A DNA stretch of 64,000 bases from Opitutia bacterium (GCA_947475065.1 CANJLB010000003.1:20214-84213), one strand, 5' to 3'; numbered from the stretch's first letter, positions 37,615 through 47,350 are shown. Translations and numbers: made by a program. Notes: generated from the sequence alone by a model not told the origin.

Positions 37615-40551
37615 TCACTGGCCGAGCACGCCTTTGAGCAAACCGCTGGCGCCTTGCTGCAAGAGTGAGCCGGCACCCTTGGTCGCAGCACCGACGCCGC
37701 CGATGACCGCCCGCTCCGTCAGCCGCCCATAAAACGCCGTGGTGTCCGGTGCGCCCAACGTGCCACCGAGTTCGGGCAAGTCCACCGCCAGGGGAAAATA
37801 GCCCAGGCTGTCCGGCTGAGCGCTGACCAAACCGATGCTTTTCATCGCATCGCCCAGATTGCCGCGCGCTGCCACCTGAAATTGCAACGTTAGCGGCAGG
37901 GCGGCCAGCTCCTTGCCTTCGACATGGCGGACGCGCCCGTGACCGGCGAGGCGCACCTCGGGGGCGATGAGCGTGAGCTCTTCGAGCACCAGATCGTTGG
38001 TGGCGCCCCGCGACAGCGTCACACTGAGCTGATCGAAGTGAATTTCGTGCAGCAAATCAGAAATACGTGTAATGACCTTGGCCACATTGCCGGCCGTGCT
38101 ACTGACGCCACCCAGCAATCCGGCCACAGTGCCGACAATCGCCGCCCCGGTGCCCGCCACCGATGGTTTGCCGTCACTCGCTGCCAGCAGCCGGGTGACG
38201 CCACCCTTGCTGGTGAATTGGATTTTGCCCTGCGTCTGCGCGATCAGCGCATCAATGGAGGCCGCCCGGCCGGTGAGTGACACCGTCAGGTTCACATTGG
38301 CTTCCAGCGTGTGCTGCAGCGCCGCGAGAGTAAAGTCGGTCAGCGTCGCGTCGGTCATGAACGCGTAGGGTGTCGCCGTACCCGGCGTATGCGTCAGGCC
38401 ACCTTTGAGCACGAACGGCGAGGCCGGCGTGCCATCGAGCGTGCCATGTGCCTCGACCTGAGGGCCGCTGCCGTCAAAGAACATCGTGCCGGCGAAGCTG
38501 CTCGCGCGGTCCGGCGAGAAGACGATTTTCTTGAAAGCAAATTTCACCGTCCCTTTCACGCCCGCCCAAGGCGGCGGGGTGCTCGGCGCGGAAACAGGGG
38601 CGGTCCCGGGCTTCAGGTCGGCGAATGCCCCGATATCCTGGGCATAGAGCAAATCGCCCACCGCTTGCGCATCAATCTGCCAGCCACCGGCGTTGGTCGG
38701 GGTGAACTTGCCGCCCAGTGTGAGGTCGGATTTCTGCGTGCCGCGGGTGACGGTGACCGGCGCGTTCAATGCGATGCTTCCGTCGGCGGCGATGTCCGCG
38801 CGTAGATCGAGGGTGGCGTCGGGCAGCGCTTGCTTGGTCGGGGCGGCCACCAAACCGCTGACGGCGAGCTTGGCCGCGATCTCCTTTTTGTCACCGAGAC
38901 TCGCGGTGAAACTGAGGTTGGCCAGACCGGCTGAAACAGGCACCTGGGCGCCGAATACGGGCGATAACGCGGGCAATAACGCCAGATTTGGCATCTCCGC
39001 CAAGCCGGTGACTTTGAGCGGCTCCCGGGCGGCTGAACCCTGGCTGATTTGCACTCCCCTCAACGTCAGGCCAGCCACCGTCGGTGGTGGCGCAGTGACC
39101 GTCACGGCTGGCACCGTTGCCCTCCAGCCTTCCTTCGAATACTCGGCCGCAGCGGCGGGGAGCGTGATACTGCCCTGCCAGAGCGTCTGCCCTTCTTGCG
39201 TGACCACGCCGGCAACATCCAGTGCCTTCACGTTCAGAGTCACGACGCCACCATCCCGTGTCCCGGCTTCGATCAGGCCATTCACCCGGCCCTGGCTGAT
39301 TTTCAGGTCTTTGACCCACGGCTGCGCCCATGCCAGCGGCAGGTCCTTCAGCTCGATGCGCGCGAGCGCGACGGCAGGATTGGCGGCTGTCACCGAGAGT
39401 TTGTCGCGGTTAAATTCAAAACCCTGCAGCGCCTCCAGGATGATGACTGGCTGAGCCGCGCCGATGCGGACACTGAGCCGCGTTACGCTGACCAGGTCGC
39501 CACGCGAACGCAGGTCAAAGTCGGTGGTAAAGTCCATCTGACCCAATACACCCGTCAATTCGGGACGCAGGGCCTCAAGTTTCTCCACGTGGCCGTCCAG
39601 TTTTCCAACCGCCGTGATCTCCTTGAAATCACGACTGAGCCTCAGGGTCCCCTGCCCTTTCGCCTGAAACACCGGCAGCGGCATGCCGGCCAGAAACTGC
39701 CGGAACGGCACCAGATCAGCATCGCTGGCATCCAGCATCCATTTGCCGGTGAACGGCTGGCCATCGGCCGGGAGCTGTGCCTCCACGTTCACGAGCTCGC
39801 GGCTACCGGAACTTACGATGGCCGTGTAGCTCTCGCCCGTCGCGTCGCGCCCGGCCCGGACAGTGAGGTGTGTTTTCGTGCCGTCGGGGAATTTGGGACC
39901 GCTGGCGATGGCATCGGCGTTGAGGGCAAAACTCTGGATGGCATCGGGTGCATCCATGCGGATCAGGAGTTCGGCATTGGCCGCCGCTGTTTTGACCGGT
40001 GCGTCGGCGGTACTGGCTTCGTGACGGGTGGTTATTTTGAAAATCGCCTCCTTGCCGGAACCGAGGCCGCCGCCGCTCACCGTGAGGTGCGTGTGCCCGC
40101 CTGCTTGGATGACATCGCCCTCAATTTCGGCGGTGGTGAGCGACAGGGCGAAGGGCAACTTGAGCCGCTTGAAGATGCCATCGAACGCGGTGGCCGGGGT
40201 TGTGTTGGCCGGCGCCGCTGGCGTTGAAGTCAGGTCAACCGTCCAGCCTTTTGCGGTGAGACGGGCGATGTCAATTTGACCGCGCGCAGCGGCCAGCACC
40301 GGCAGTTCGACGTCGGCTGCGGGCAGCGTGAGCACGAGGCCGGACTGCGTGACGCGGATATTCTCCAGATGCACCGCGTGCAGGCCGATGGCTGCACGGC
40401 CGATCTCAATCTTAGCCCCCGGCACATTGGCGACAGCGCGGCGCACGGCCCAAGTTTGCACGGCGGGCGTGAAGGCGAGACCGACAAGCACCGCCACCAG
40501 CATCGCGCTTGCGCCAAGGAGGAGGAGCAAAATCCTAACGGGCTTTTTCAT
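37615..40551 (-). CDS. AsmA-family (AsmA/TamB-like) envelope protein
   Basis: Started at MKKPVRILLLLLGASAMLVAVLVG (N-terminal anchor). ~980 aa, Ala/Gly/Thr/Val-rich beta-rich sequence of AsmA-like type. The ORF-track N-terminal 63 aa are read through a MITE. Confidence 0.7.
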   Translation of the reverse strand: MKKPVRILLLLLGASAMLVAVLVGLAFTPAVQTWAVRRAVANVPGAKIEIGRAAIGLHAVHLENIRVTQSGLVLTLPAADVELPVLAAARGQIDIARLTAKGWTVDLTSTPAAPANTTPATAFDGIFKRLKLPFALSLTTAEIEGDVIQAGGHTHLTVSGGGLGSGKEAIFKITTRHEASTADAPVKTAAANAELLIRMDAPDAIQSFALNADAIASGPKFPDGTKTHLTVRAGRDATGESYTAIVSSGSRELVNVEAQLPADGQPFTGKWMLDASDADLVPFRQFLAGMPLPVFQAKGQGTLRLSRDFKEITAVGKLDGHVEKLEALRPELTGVLGQMDFTTDFDLRSRGDLVSVTRLSVRIGAAQPVIILEALQGFEFNRDKLSVTAANPAVALARIELKDLPLAWAQPWVKDLKISQGRVNGLIEAGTRDGGVVTLNVKALDVAGVVTQEGQTLWQGSITLPAAAAEYSKEGWRATVPAVTVTAPPPTVAGLTLRGVQISQGSAAREPLKVTGLAEMPNLALLPALSPVFGAQVPVSAGLANLSFTASLGDKKEIAAKLAVSGLVAAPTKQALPDATLDLRADIAADGSIALNAPVTVTRGTQKSDLTLGGKFTPTNAGGWQIDAQAVGDLLYAQDIGAFADLKPGTAPVSAPSTPPPWAGVKGTVKFAFKKIVFSPDRASSFAGTMFFDGSGPQVEAHGTLDGTPASPFVLKGGLTHTPGTATPYAFMTDATLTDFTLAALQHTLEANVNLTVSLTGRAASIDALIAQTQGKIQFTSKGGVTRLLAASDGKPSVAGTGAAIVGTVAGLLGGVSSTAGNVAKVITRISDLLHEIHFDQLSVTLSRGATNDLVLEELTLIAPEVRLAGHGRVRHVEGKELAALPLTLQFQVAARGNLGDAMKSIGLVSAQPDSLGYFPLAVDLPELGGTLGAPDTTAFYGRLTERAVIGGVGAATKGAGSLLQQGASGLLKGVLGQ

Positions 40552-40602
40552 GCCGGGAGCAAAGCCGGGACAATGGCGAAGGCAAGCCGGGTGGTCGTTG
40601 GG

Positions 40603-40723
40603 TAGTGGTATAGTTTTGGTCGGTGGTAGGTTGCGCGCTCGCCGCGCAACTCCGGCGACAGAGGGCAAACGTGGCGTGACGAGCACGCCACCTACCCCGG
40701 AAAATTCAAACTGTACCACTACC
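40603..40723. mobile_element. BIME/MITE-like element (REP-A + REP-B palindromes) flanked by 10-bp direct repeat GGTCGTTGGG
   Basis: The target-site-like duplication lies at 40593-40602 and 40724-40733. Terminal inverted repeats tagtggtatagtttt / aaactgtaccacta. Internal palindromes gtaggttgcgcgctcgccgcgcaac and gtggcgtgacgagcacgccacctac are the same units that flank the RAYT at 60 kb. Confidence 0.65.
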
Positions 40724-41116
40724 GGTCGTTGGGCGATCACCGGGACCGGTTCCAGCTCCTTCAGGCATCCCTTCCCACCGGCGTCTTGAACTCGGCGCTG
40801 AACGTTCGTCTGTGTTTTGGCATGGAGGACTCTGCCCCATCAATCCGTCCCCCGCCTTCGGCAAAGGCTGCGCCGCTACGCTTCCCCTGGCTCACAACAA
40901 CTCACAAAAATCGGCCTGCCCCCTCGGCTTGGCCGCCGCCCGCGCGCGGGCCGCAAGCGGCCTGGCGTCCGTTTTTCGTCACAACGATAGCCCAATGCGA
41001 AAGATTTTCCGAGGGATTCGGGCGGCAGCGGGCGTCTTTGGGGTGAAGCCCATCCACCCGACCACATAAACCTGCATCCTTCTCCCTTCAAAATTTTCAC
41101 CACCCAAGTTGCCTTC

Positions 41117-42298
41117 GTGCTGCTCGCATTTGCCTGCACCGCCAACGCGGCGACCCCCACCACCGCGACCAACGCGCGACTGGCAGCATTTGGACGGGTG
41201 AACCCCACCACCGGGGCCAACGCGCCACCCTACTCGCCTTACCACCCGCTGGCGGTCGCCCAACGCGATCTTCAAGGCATGGAGGCCAGCCTTGGCAGCC
41301 TCGCTCCGCAGTCGCCCGAGCGAAAAGCGCTGGAGGAGCGTGCCGCGCAATTGCGTGCCAAGATTGACGAGTCGTTCGTCATCTTCGGGCCAGGCATTCA
41401 AAAGCCAGGGCTTTATCCGGCCAAGCCAGGTCTCACCGTTTCCGAGGCCATCAAGCTGGCCGGCGGCATGGCACCCGATGCCGCCCCAGATTTATTTCTC
41501 ACCTTTGCCATACCGCATGCAAGAGGGTTGAAGGCGGCACGGCTGAACTGGGCCGGGAAGCTGGAGCCTGAGCCGCCTTTCGATCCCGCTCTCGCACCCC
41601 GCCGAGGGCAACCCGGAGCCGGCGTTGGCCCTCCCGGTGGTTCGCCAACTACAGGAGGAGGAGGGCCGGCCGGCCCCGGCCCCAGGGTTAGCTACGATTT
41701 CACCATCGCGGCCGGAGACTTGATCAGAACCTCGGCCAACGAATTCACTTTTTCGGGAGGAATCCCTCGCGATTTTCTTGACGCCCTTGACGCACACTTC
41801 GTGCTCGATTTTCAGGGGCACGCCGTCGTGCCGCCGGAGCTGGCCGAGGTGAAAGTGCCACGCATCCGGGTGGCCAACAAAAATCCCGGCGAAATCCTCA
41901 ACCTCTACAACGCGCTGTCCGAAGGCCAGCCTGCGCTTGGGCGCTGGAGACTTGAGGGCACTGCGGAAAAACCTGACTTGCTCGCGCTCTTTAAGAGCCG
42001 CCCCATGACGGTCGCCGGCCTGGCGGATGGTCAGCCCCTCCGCGCCAAGGCCGTGTCGCTCGGTGCCGTCCGGCAGTCGCAGTGGGAAAAACTGCCGGGA
42101 ATCATCACCGACAGCGTCGCCCTGCTGGCGCAAAAGCTGGACGCCGCCGAAGCCGAAAAATTTCACCAGCAGTTCGGCGGCAGCGTGCAGGTGAACACCA
42201 CCACCCGCATGCTGCTGATCATCGGCTCGCCGGCCTACATCGAGTTCGTCGAGTCCGTCCTCGCGGCGGAACAAGCCAACAACCCGCGCCAGTTTTGA
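41117..42298 (+). CDS. hypothetical secreted protein with Gly/Pro-rich segment
   Basis: 393-aa ORF (GTG start) with a hydrophobic N-terminus and GQPGAGVGPPGGSPTTGGGGPAGPGP low-complexity. No recognised domain. It lies upstream of the ECF sigma gene. Confidence 0.4.
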   Translation: MLLAFACTANAATPTTATNARLAAFGRVNPTTGANAPPYSPYHPLAVAQRDLQGMEASLGSLAPQSPERKALEERAAQLRAKIDESFVIFGPGIQKPGLYPAKPGLTVSEAIKLAGGMAPDAAPDLFLTFAIPHARGLKAARLNWAGKLEPEPPFDPALAPRRGQPGAGVGPPGGSPTTGGGGPAGPGPRVSYDFTIAAGDLIRTSANEFTFSGGIPRDFLDALDAHFVLDFQGHAVVPPELAEVKVPRIRVANKNPGEILNLYNALSEGQPALGRWRLEGTAEKPDLLALFKSRPMTVAGLADGQPLRAKAVSLGAVRQSQWEKLPGIITDSVALLAQKLDAAEAEKFHQQFGGSVQVNTTTRMLLIIGSPAYIEFVESVLAAEQANNPRQF

Positions 42299-42364
42299 CC
42301 ATTCCGGCCCGCACCAGCGATGAAACCGGTGGACACACCGCCTGCGCCGGTTGACCATACCAGC

Positions 42365-42988
42365 ATGAAAGCCGCCGCATGGAGCGCCTCCGACGTGTTG
42401 CCGTCCGCCAGCGCGCCCGCGTTCCACGCCACCGGGGCCGGCACGGCGGCAGGCGAGCTTCGCCGGCTCACGGAGGCCGTCCGGCGCGGCGATGAGGCGG
42501 CGTTTGCCGAGTTTTACGACCGCCACAGCCTGCGCCTCTACCAGCACATCCTCGCGCTCGCCCGGGGCGACGAGCCGCAGGCGCGCGAGGTTTTTCAGAC
42601 CGTCGCGCTCAAGCTCGCACGAAAGATGGAAGTCTTCGACGACGAGGCGCGGCTCCGCGCGTGGCTCGCCACCCTCGCGCGCCATGCCTTCCTCGACCAC
42701 TGCCGCGCCCGTGCCCGCCGCGATCGGCTGGTTGCGCCGCTGTCCGACAACCTCGCTGTCGAGGCCTCCCGCCCCGGCTGGACGGACGCGCTGCCGCACG
42801 CGCTCGCCCAGCTCGCACCCGCCGACCGCGAGCTGCTCCAATCCGCCTACACCGACGGACGCCCGCTCGGCGAGCTGGCCGCCGAGCGCGGCGAGACCTA
42901 CAAGGCCATCGAGGGCCGACTTGCCCGCCTGCGCCAAAAAACCAAGGCCGCCCTGCTGAAATTTCTGCGCCATGAAAACGCCCCCTGA
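42365..42988 (+). CDS. RNA polymerase ECF-type sigma factor
   Basis: Region 2 (FAEFYDRHSLRLYQHILALARGDEPQAREVFQTVALKL) and region 4 HTH (LLQSAYTDGRPLGELAAERGETYKAIEGRLARLRQK). The start is uncertain (42320 or 42365). Confidence 0.8.
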   Translation: MKAAAWSASDVLPSASAPAFHATGAGTAAGELRRLTEAVRRGDEAAFAEFYDRHSLRLYQHILALARGDEPQAREVFQTVALKLARKMEVFDDEARLRAWLATLARHAFLDHCRARARRDRLVAPLSDNLAVEASRPGWTDALPHALAQLAPADRELLQSAYTDGRPLGELAAERGETYKAIEGRLARLRQKTKAALLKFLRHENAP

Positions 42989-43376
42989 CGACCCCCACGG
43001 CCACCCGCTCCTCGACGGCTTGCTCGCCGACGACGACTGGCACGCACTCAACGCCGCCACCAGAGAGCGCGCGCTCGGCGCGTTGCGCGCCCGCCGCCGC
43101 CAACGCGCGCTGCTCACCTGGGGCGGCTCCGGCGTGGCCGGTTGCGCGCTGGCGCTCGCCCTGATGAATTTTTTCCCGCCGACGGACGGCAGCGCCCCCA
43201 CTGCCGCCGCGCCCGTGCCGCGCTCCGGCCCGATCTACATCACCGAGGAGCAGCTGATGGCGTATTTTCCTCCGGGGAGCTGCACGATCGCGGAGATAGA
43301 CGGCGAGCGGCGGCTTATCATCCTCGACCCTGAAATCGCCGCCCACGGCGTGCTGCTGGCCGAAGCCGCGCCCTGA
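42972..43376 (+). CDS. putative membrane-anchored anti-sigma factor
   Basis: 134-aa ORF overlapping the sigma-factor stop, with a single TM segment (GSGVAGCALALALMNFF). Position and size are typical of a cognate anti-sigma. Confidence 0.45.
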   Translation: MKTPPDDPHGHPLLDGLLADDDWHALNAATRERALGALRARRRQRALLTWGGSGVAGCALALALMNFFPPTDGSAPTAAAPVPRSGPIYITEEQLMAYFPPGSCTIAEIDGERRLIILDPEIAAHGVLLAEAAP

Positions 43377-43457
43377 GTCACCCCTGCGCTGGCAGCACGA
43401 AGATGCCCGGCATATCGGCCAGGGCGCGGCACCGCCCAGGTTTGCACAGCGGTTGTC

Positions 43458-43562
43458 CGGTGGTAGGTTGCGCGCTCGCCGCGCAACTCGGGCGACAGAG
43501 GGCAAACGTGGCGTGACGAGCACGCCACCTACCCCGGAAAATTCAAACTGTGCCACCACCGG
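43458..43562. mobile_element. BIME/MITE-like element, second copy (~95% identical core to 40621-40723)
   Basis: cggtggtaggttgcgcgctcgccgcgcaactcgggcgacagagggcaaacgtggcgtgacgagcacgccacctaccccggaaaattcaaactgtgccaccaccgg. Confidence 0.65.
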
Positions 43563-43900
43563 CCGGCGGCGGCACCATCACATGGCCCATGACAGCGGCG
43601 AACAGGGTTTCAGATTATTCAAGAGTGGAGGACCGAATCCTGTCCCGGAAGGCTCGTTGCCCGTACCGCATCAAGTTATGCCAACGTCTGTTAACATTGG
43701 GACGATGGGCCCGATAGCGCCGGGAAGGTTCGGTCCCGGCTCTCCCGAGCCTTTTGGGCTACACTGAGCGGCGCGCCCAGCGGGCACGCCCTACCTTGGG
43801 ATCACCCGATTAGTCTGTAGCTCAGCAAAATCCCCGTCTCCGCAGCCTGAGCCCCTTGGGCGGCTCCCCTGCCCTGCCGGCCATCCAGCCGCCTCACGCC

Positions 43901-46900
43901 TCACGTCGTGCGCGGGGCGACGAGCGCGGGGTCGAGGCCGAGAGTGCCGGTCAGGCGTGGCAGATAATCGGACGAGGCGGCGTCCTTGGCGGAGGCGAGG
44001 GTCTGGGCGAGACGCTCGCGGATGCCGAGCTTTTGGGCGACGTCGGTGTAGTTGGGACGGGTCAGAAATTTTTCGAGATAACGGGCCTGCGATTCGAATG
44101 CGGTGACGTCGCGGCGCTGCTGAGCCTGGAGACGCGCCCGATACCAGTCGCTCGCGAGCAAATTTTCGCGGGTGAAGAGTGCGCGGAAGGCCGGGTCGCT
44201 GGCGCTCCGGCACTCCACCGCACCGTCGCGCATGAGTTCCAGCAACGCGCGGAGCGGCGGCACAGCCAGCTCAACCGAGCCGTCGGCGAAATAGCTCCCG
44301 GCGGCGGTGTGCATCGTGGCGACAATGTTGTCCATGCCGTCGGCGAAGACGTCGCGATCCTGTTTTTCCGGCTGGAGAAACTCCTCGTCAAACACGGCGC
44401 TGGGATTGCCGAACACCCGGCCGCAGAAGGTCTGCACAAAGCGCGCGGTGATGCGCCACCCGAGGCGGCTGGCGAGGACGGTCCTGCCGTTGTGCTCGAA
44501 ATCGGCGCAGCGCTCAAGGTGGCCTTCCTTGATGAGATAGGCGGGCTCGCGCTCGGACGGGGTCATACGGCACCAGATTTCCGGCACCAGCAGGCTGATA
44601 TCGTGATCCACGCGGTGGTGCGGCCCGACCCAGCCGGCGGCGGTCGAGAAAATGTGCAGCCCCGTCAGGACATAGGATACAAACGCGGCGTTGAGGTCGT
44701 GGATGGGCGGAAGGGCGTTGAACGGCCCCTTGGTTAGCGCGCCCTCGGAGCCCGCGCCGGTGGTCGAGGGCGACTTGCCCGTGAGGCTGGCGATGAGGTC
44801 CATGAACGCTTCCGGCACTTCCTGACAGTGGATCGGACCATAGACGCAGAGCGGGCGCACGCCCGGCTCGGGCGGATTGAGCCGTCGGCCCATGAGCACG
44901 GAGCCAACGGGAAAGGGCGCCGGCGAACTCGCGCCGAGCCTTCGGTAAAGCCGCGCCCCGGTCTGCGCGAGATAGGTGGCGCGCGGGTCCTCCAGGTCGG
45001 GACGGTTTTGCAGATAGCGCGGATTTTTGGAGGGCTTGCCCTCCACGAGGCGCGGGTGGGACGGCGACACGAGGTGAGCGGGACGGCCGGCGGCGAGGAA
45101 ACCGCCAAACATTTTTTGCATCGGCTCCGTGAAGGCCTCGAAGCCGACGGCGTCCTCGACGATGCCACGCGCGGCGGCGTGGCTGAGCGGCTCGTAATTG
45201 GAAAAAAAGTGGCCCGTGCTGCCGAAGTCGCGCTCGGTCCGCCGGTCGTAGCCGCGCACGATGGCGTCGTCCGGCCGCTGAAAGAGCCGCTGCTCGCAGT
45301 TGTGGACGAACTTGAGCGAGGGCTCCGTGACCCACGCCGGCAGGCCCGGCACCTGGCTGCGCGGCGCGACGGCGGAAGCGGTGATGTCGTCCTCGGTCTG
45401 GATTTTTTCGGCGGGATAAAAGTCCGAGCGCAGCGTGAACGTGCGCCAGCCGCCCTCGCGGGTATAGCCCACGCGCAAGTAGTGGGTGAGGAGTTTTTCG
45501 GTGTGGTGCTTGAGCTCGTGGCCGGGGCGGGCGTTGATGGTGTCTACGCTGAACTGCGCGCGCCAATCTTCGCCCCACTCGGGCTTATAGAGCCGTTTGA
45601 GGAGGAGCACGAGGTCGCGGACGGAGCGCGGGATGGTGGCGAGCCAGGCGTTGAACTCCTCGGTGTAGTCGGGGCTGCGGCTGAGGAGCTTGACGACAGA
45701 GCCCAGCGAGCGCTCCGGGCTGAGGATGGAGCGCGCACGTCCGCCCTGGCTCAGCGGCCGCCGAAAACGCCCGCTGTAGTCACGGCGCAGGATCGCCTCG
45801 ACGGCGTCGAGGTCGCCCACGAGATCATTGACATAGACCGGTCCGGAAAACATCGCGTCGGAGATGGGCTTGGAGATTTCCGATTTGCCGCCGCCGGAGA
45901 CGGTGCAGGGCTTGTGGCAGAGCAGGCCTTCCGCAGTGGTGCCGCGCAGGCACCAGCGGTGGCTGTCGTCGGGCTTGGCCATTTCGACCTTATACCCGGA
46001 GGGCAGAACATAAGTCGTGCCCGGGAGCAGTTTCAGCGTCTGTTCCGCACCGGTGGTGTCGCGCCAGGCAATGCGCTGGGTGCGCAGGTCGAAACGTGCG
46101 TCAGCCGGCACATAGCTGATGCCGGGAAAAGCGGTGTCACGCGCCCAGCCGCCGGGCTGCAGATCGGCTGTGCCGCCGAGCCGGGCCAGCGACTCGGCGA
46201 AAGTGTGGTTCACATCGGGCCGGTTGGTCGCAAGCTGAAACGTTTCCCCGAGGTTGTAACTGGGAAAAACAATGGCGCCGCCGGCGTGTTCCTCTTCGCA
46301 GCGGCCGTGGAGATTGGCCGCGAAACTGAGCTGCGTCTTCACTTCCTTTTTGCAGTAGCCGAAATAATTGTCGGAAATAAAGGTGACGATCACGCCCGAG
46401 GCATCGCGTGCAGTGAGTTTGAAGGCGCCGCCATCGTTGTAGGGTTCGCCTTCGGTCTTCCAGCACATCCCGTCGCGGCGCTGGCGCGGAGTGGCGTCGG
46501 CCCACTTCGGCAGGCCGAGCTCACGTTTCGTGAACCGGTTCAGGTGCGGGGCCAGAATGACGCAGCCGGTGTGGCCGCTCCAGTGCCCGGGATCAAGGGC
46601 GGCGTCGTTTTCGGGCAGATGCGGGTCGCCGGCGTTGCCGAAGATGCGCTCGATGAAATCCAGGTTGGCCACCAGCGCGCCGGGCACAAAGAAACGTGTC
46701 TCCATCGCGCGCTGGGGCGAAAAGCCGGGCACCTCCGGGCAGACCACCGGGCGCAGATAAAGTGAGACGAAACACTCGGCGGATACCGCCGCCCCCGTCG
46801 TAAAGGGCAGGCGCAGCAGCTCCGGCGGCGGAGTCAGGGCGGCGCTCAGCAGGCGCCCATAGACGGCGGCGGGCACGGCCTTCTTATCGTCGGGGATCGG

Positions 46901-47350
46901 CAGCCCGCCTTCGGCGACGTGGAAAATGCCCTGCGTGGTGCGGCGGTCGCTGCGCGGGTTGTGCAGCACGCCCTGGCGGACACGGTAGGAGGAGAGGATG
47001 TCGCTTTCGTGACGGTCGCCGTCGGGTGGCAGCGACAGCAGCCGCGCGAGCCCGGGCCGGTCGAGCACGAGCGTGGACGAGGGCAGGCGCGGCACCTCGT
47101 CCTGGCCGTCGAGCTGGTCGTAGAGAAAATTCTGAATGCGCTGGTCCACCGGGCAAAGATGGCGCGCCAGCGCACGGTCTTTTTCCCGGCTCAGCGCGAG
47201 AAAATGATCCACCAGCGGCGCGAGGCCGTCGGTGGTGCCGGAGCTGAACGGTACTCCCGGCTGGCCGATCTCGTGCAGCTTGAGATTCAAATATGCGACC
47301 AGTTGGCCGTCAGCGTCGGGGATGTCAGTTAAAGGGAGGGACGTGGTCAT
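43901..47350 (-). CDS. large conserved hypothetical cytoplasmic protein (1149 aa)
   Basis: Uninterrupted 1149-codon ORF with non-repetitive, globular-looking composition and no signal peptide. It has a P-loop-like CTVSGGGKSE segment. Its size and the absence of any other assignable family raise the possibility of a PPi-type PEP carboxykinase homolog. That is unverified. Confidence 0.6.
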   Translation of the reverse strand: MTTSLPLTDIPDADGQLVAYLNLKLHEIGQPGVPFSSGTTDGLAPLVDHFLALSREKDRALARHLCPVDQRIQNFLYDQLDGQDEVPRLPSSTLVLDRPGLARLLSLPPDGDRHESDILSSYRVRQGVLHNPRSDRRTTQGIFHVAEGGLPIPDDKKAVPAAVYGRLLSAALTPPPELLRLPFTTGAAVSAECFVSLYLRPVVCPEVPGFSPQRAMETRFFVPGALVANLDFIERIFGNAGDPHLPENDAALDPGHWSGHTGCVILAPHLNRFTKRELGLPKWADATPRQRRDGMCWKTEGEPYNDGGAFKLTARDASGVIVTFISDNYFGYCKKEVKTQLSFAANLHGRCEEEHAGGAIVFPSYNLGETFQLATNRPDVNHTFAESLARLGGTADLQPGGWARDTAFPGISYVPADARFDLRTQRIAWRDTTGAEQTLKLLPGTTYVLPSGYKVEMAKPDDSHRWCLRGTTAEGLLCHKPCTVSGGGKSEISKPISDAMFSGPVYVNDLVGDLDAVEAILRRDYSGRFRRPLSQGGRARSILSPERSLGSVVKLLSRSPDYTEEFNAWLATIPRSVRDLVLLLKRLYKPEWGEDWRAQFSVDTINARPGHELKHHTEKLLTHYLRVGYTREGGWRTFTLRSDFYPAEKIQTEDDITASAVAPRSQVPGLPAWVTEPSLKFVHNCEQRLFQRPDDAIVRGYDRRTERDFGSTGHFFSNYEPLSHAAARGIVEDAVGFEAFTEPMQKMFGGFLAAGRPAHLVSPSHPRLVEGKPSKNPRYLQNRPDLEDPRATYLAQTGARLYRRLGASSPAPFPVGSVLMGRRLNPPEPGVRPLCVYGPIHCQEVPEAFMDLIASLTGKSPSTTGAGSEGALTKGPFNALPPIHDLNAAFVSYVLTGLHIFSTAAGWVGPHHRVDHDISLLVPEIWCRMTPSEREPAYLIKEGHLERCADFEHNGRTVLASRLGWRITARFVQTFCGRVFGNPSAVFDEEFLQPEKQDRDVFADGMDNIVATMHTAAGSYFADGSVELAVPPLRALLELMRDGAVECRSASDPAFRALFTRENLLASDWYRARLQAQQRRDVTAFESQARYLEKFLTRPNYTDVAQKLGIRERLAQTLASAKDAASSDYLPRLTGTLGLDPALVAPRTT

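Noticed and set aside
41492-43201. 569-aa minus-strand ORF overlapping the secreted-protein and ECF sigma genes
   Set aside because: Arg/Gly/Ala-rich, no motifs, antisense to two good genes. This is a typical spurious long ORF in high-GC DNA.
44828-46765. 645-aa plus-strand ORF inside the 1149-aa gene
   Set aside because: Antisense to a much better ORF. Composition dominated by Gly/Ala/Arg from GC-rich codon third positions.
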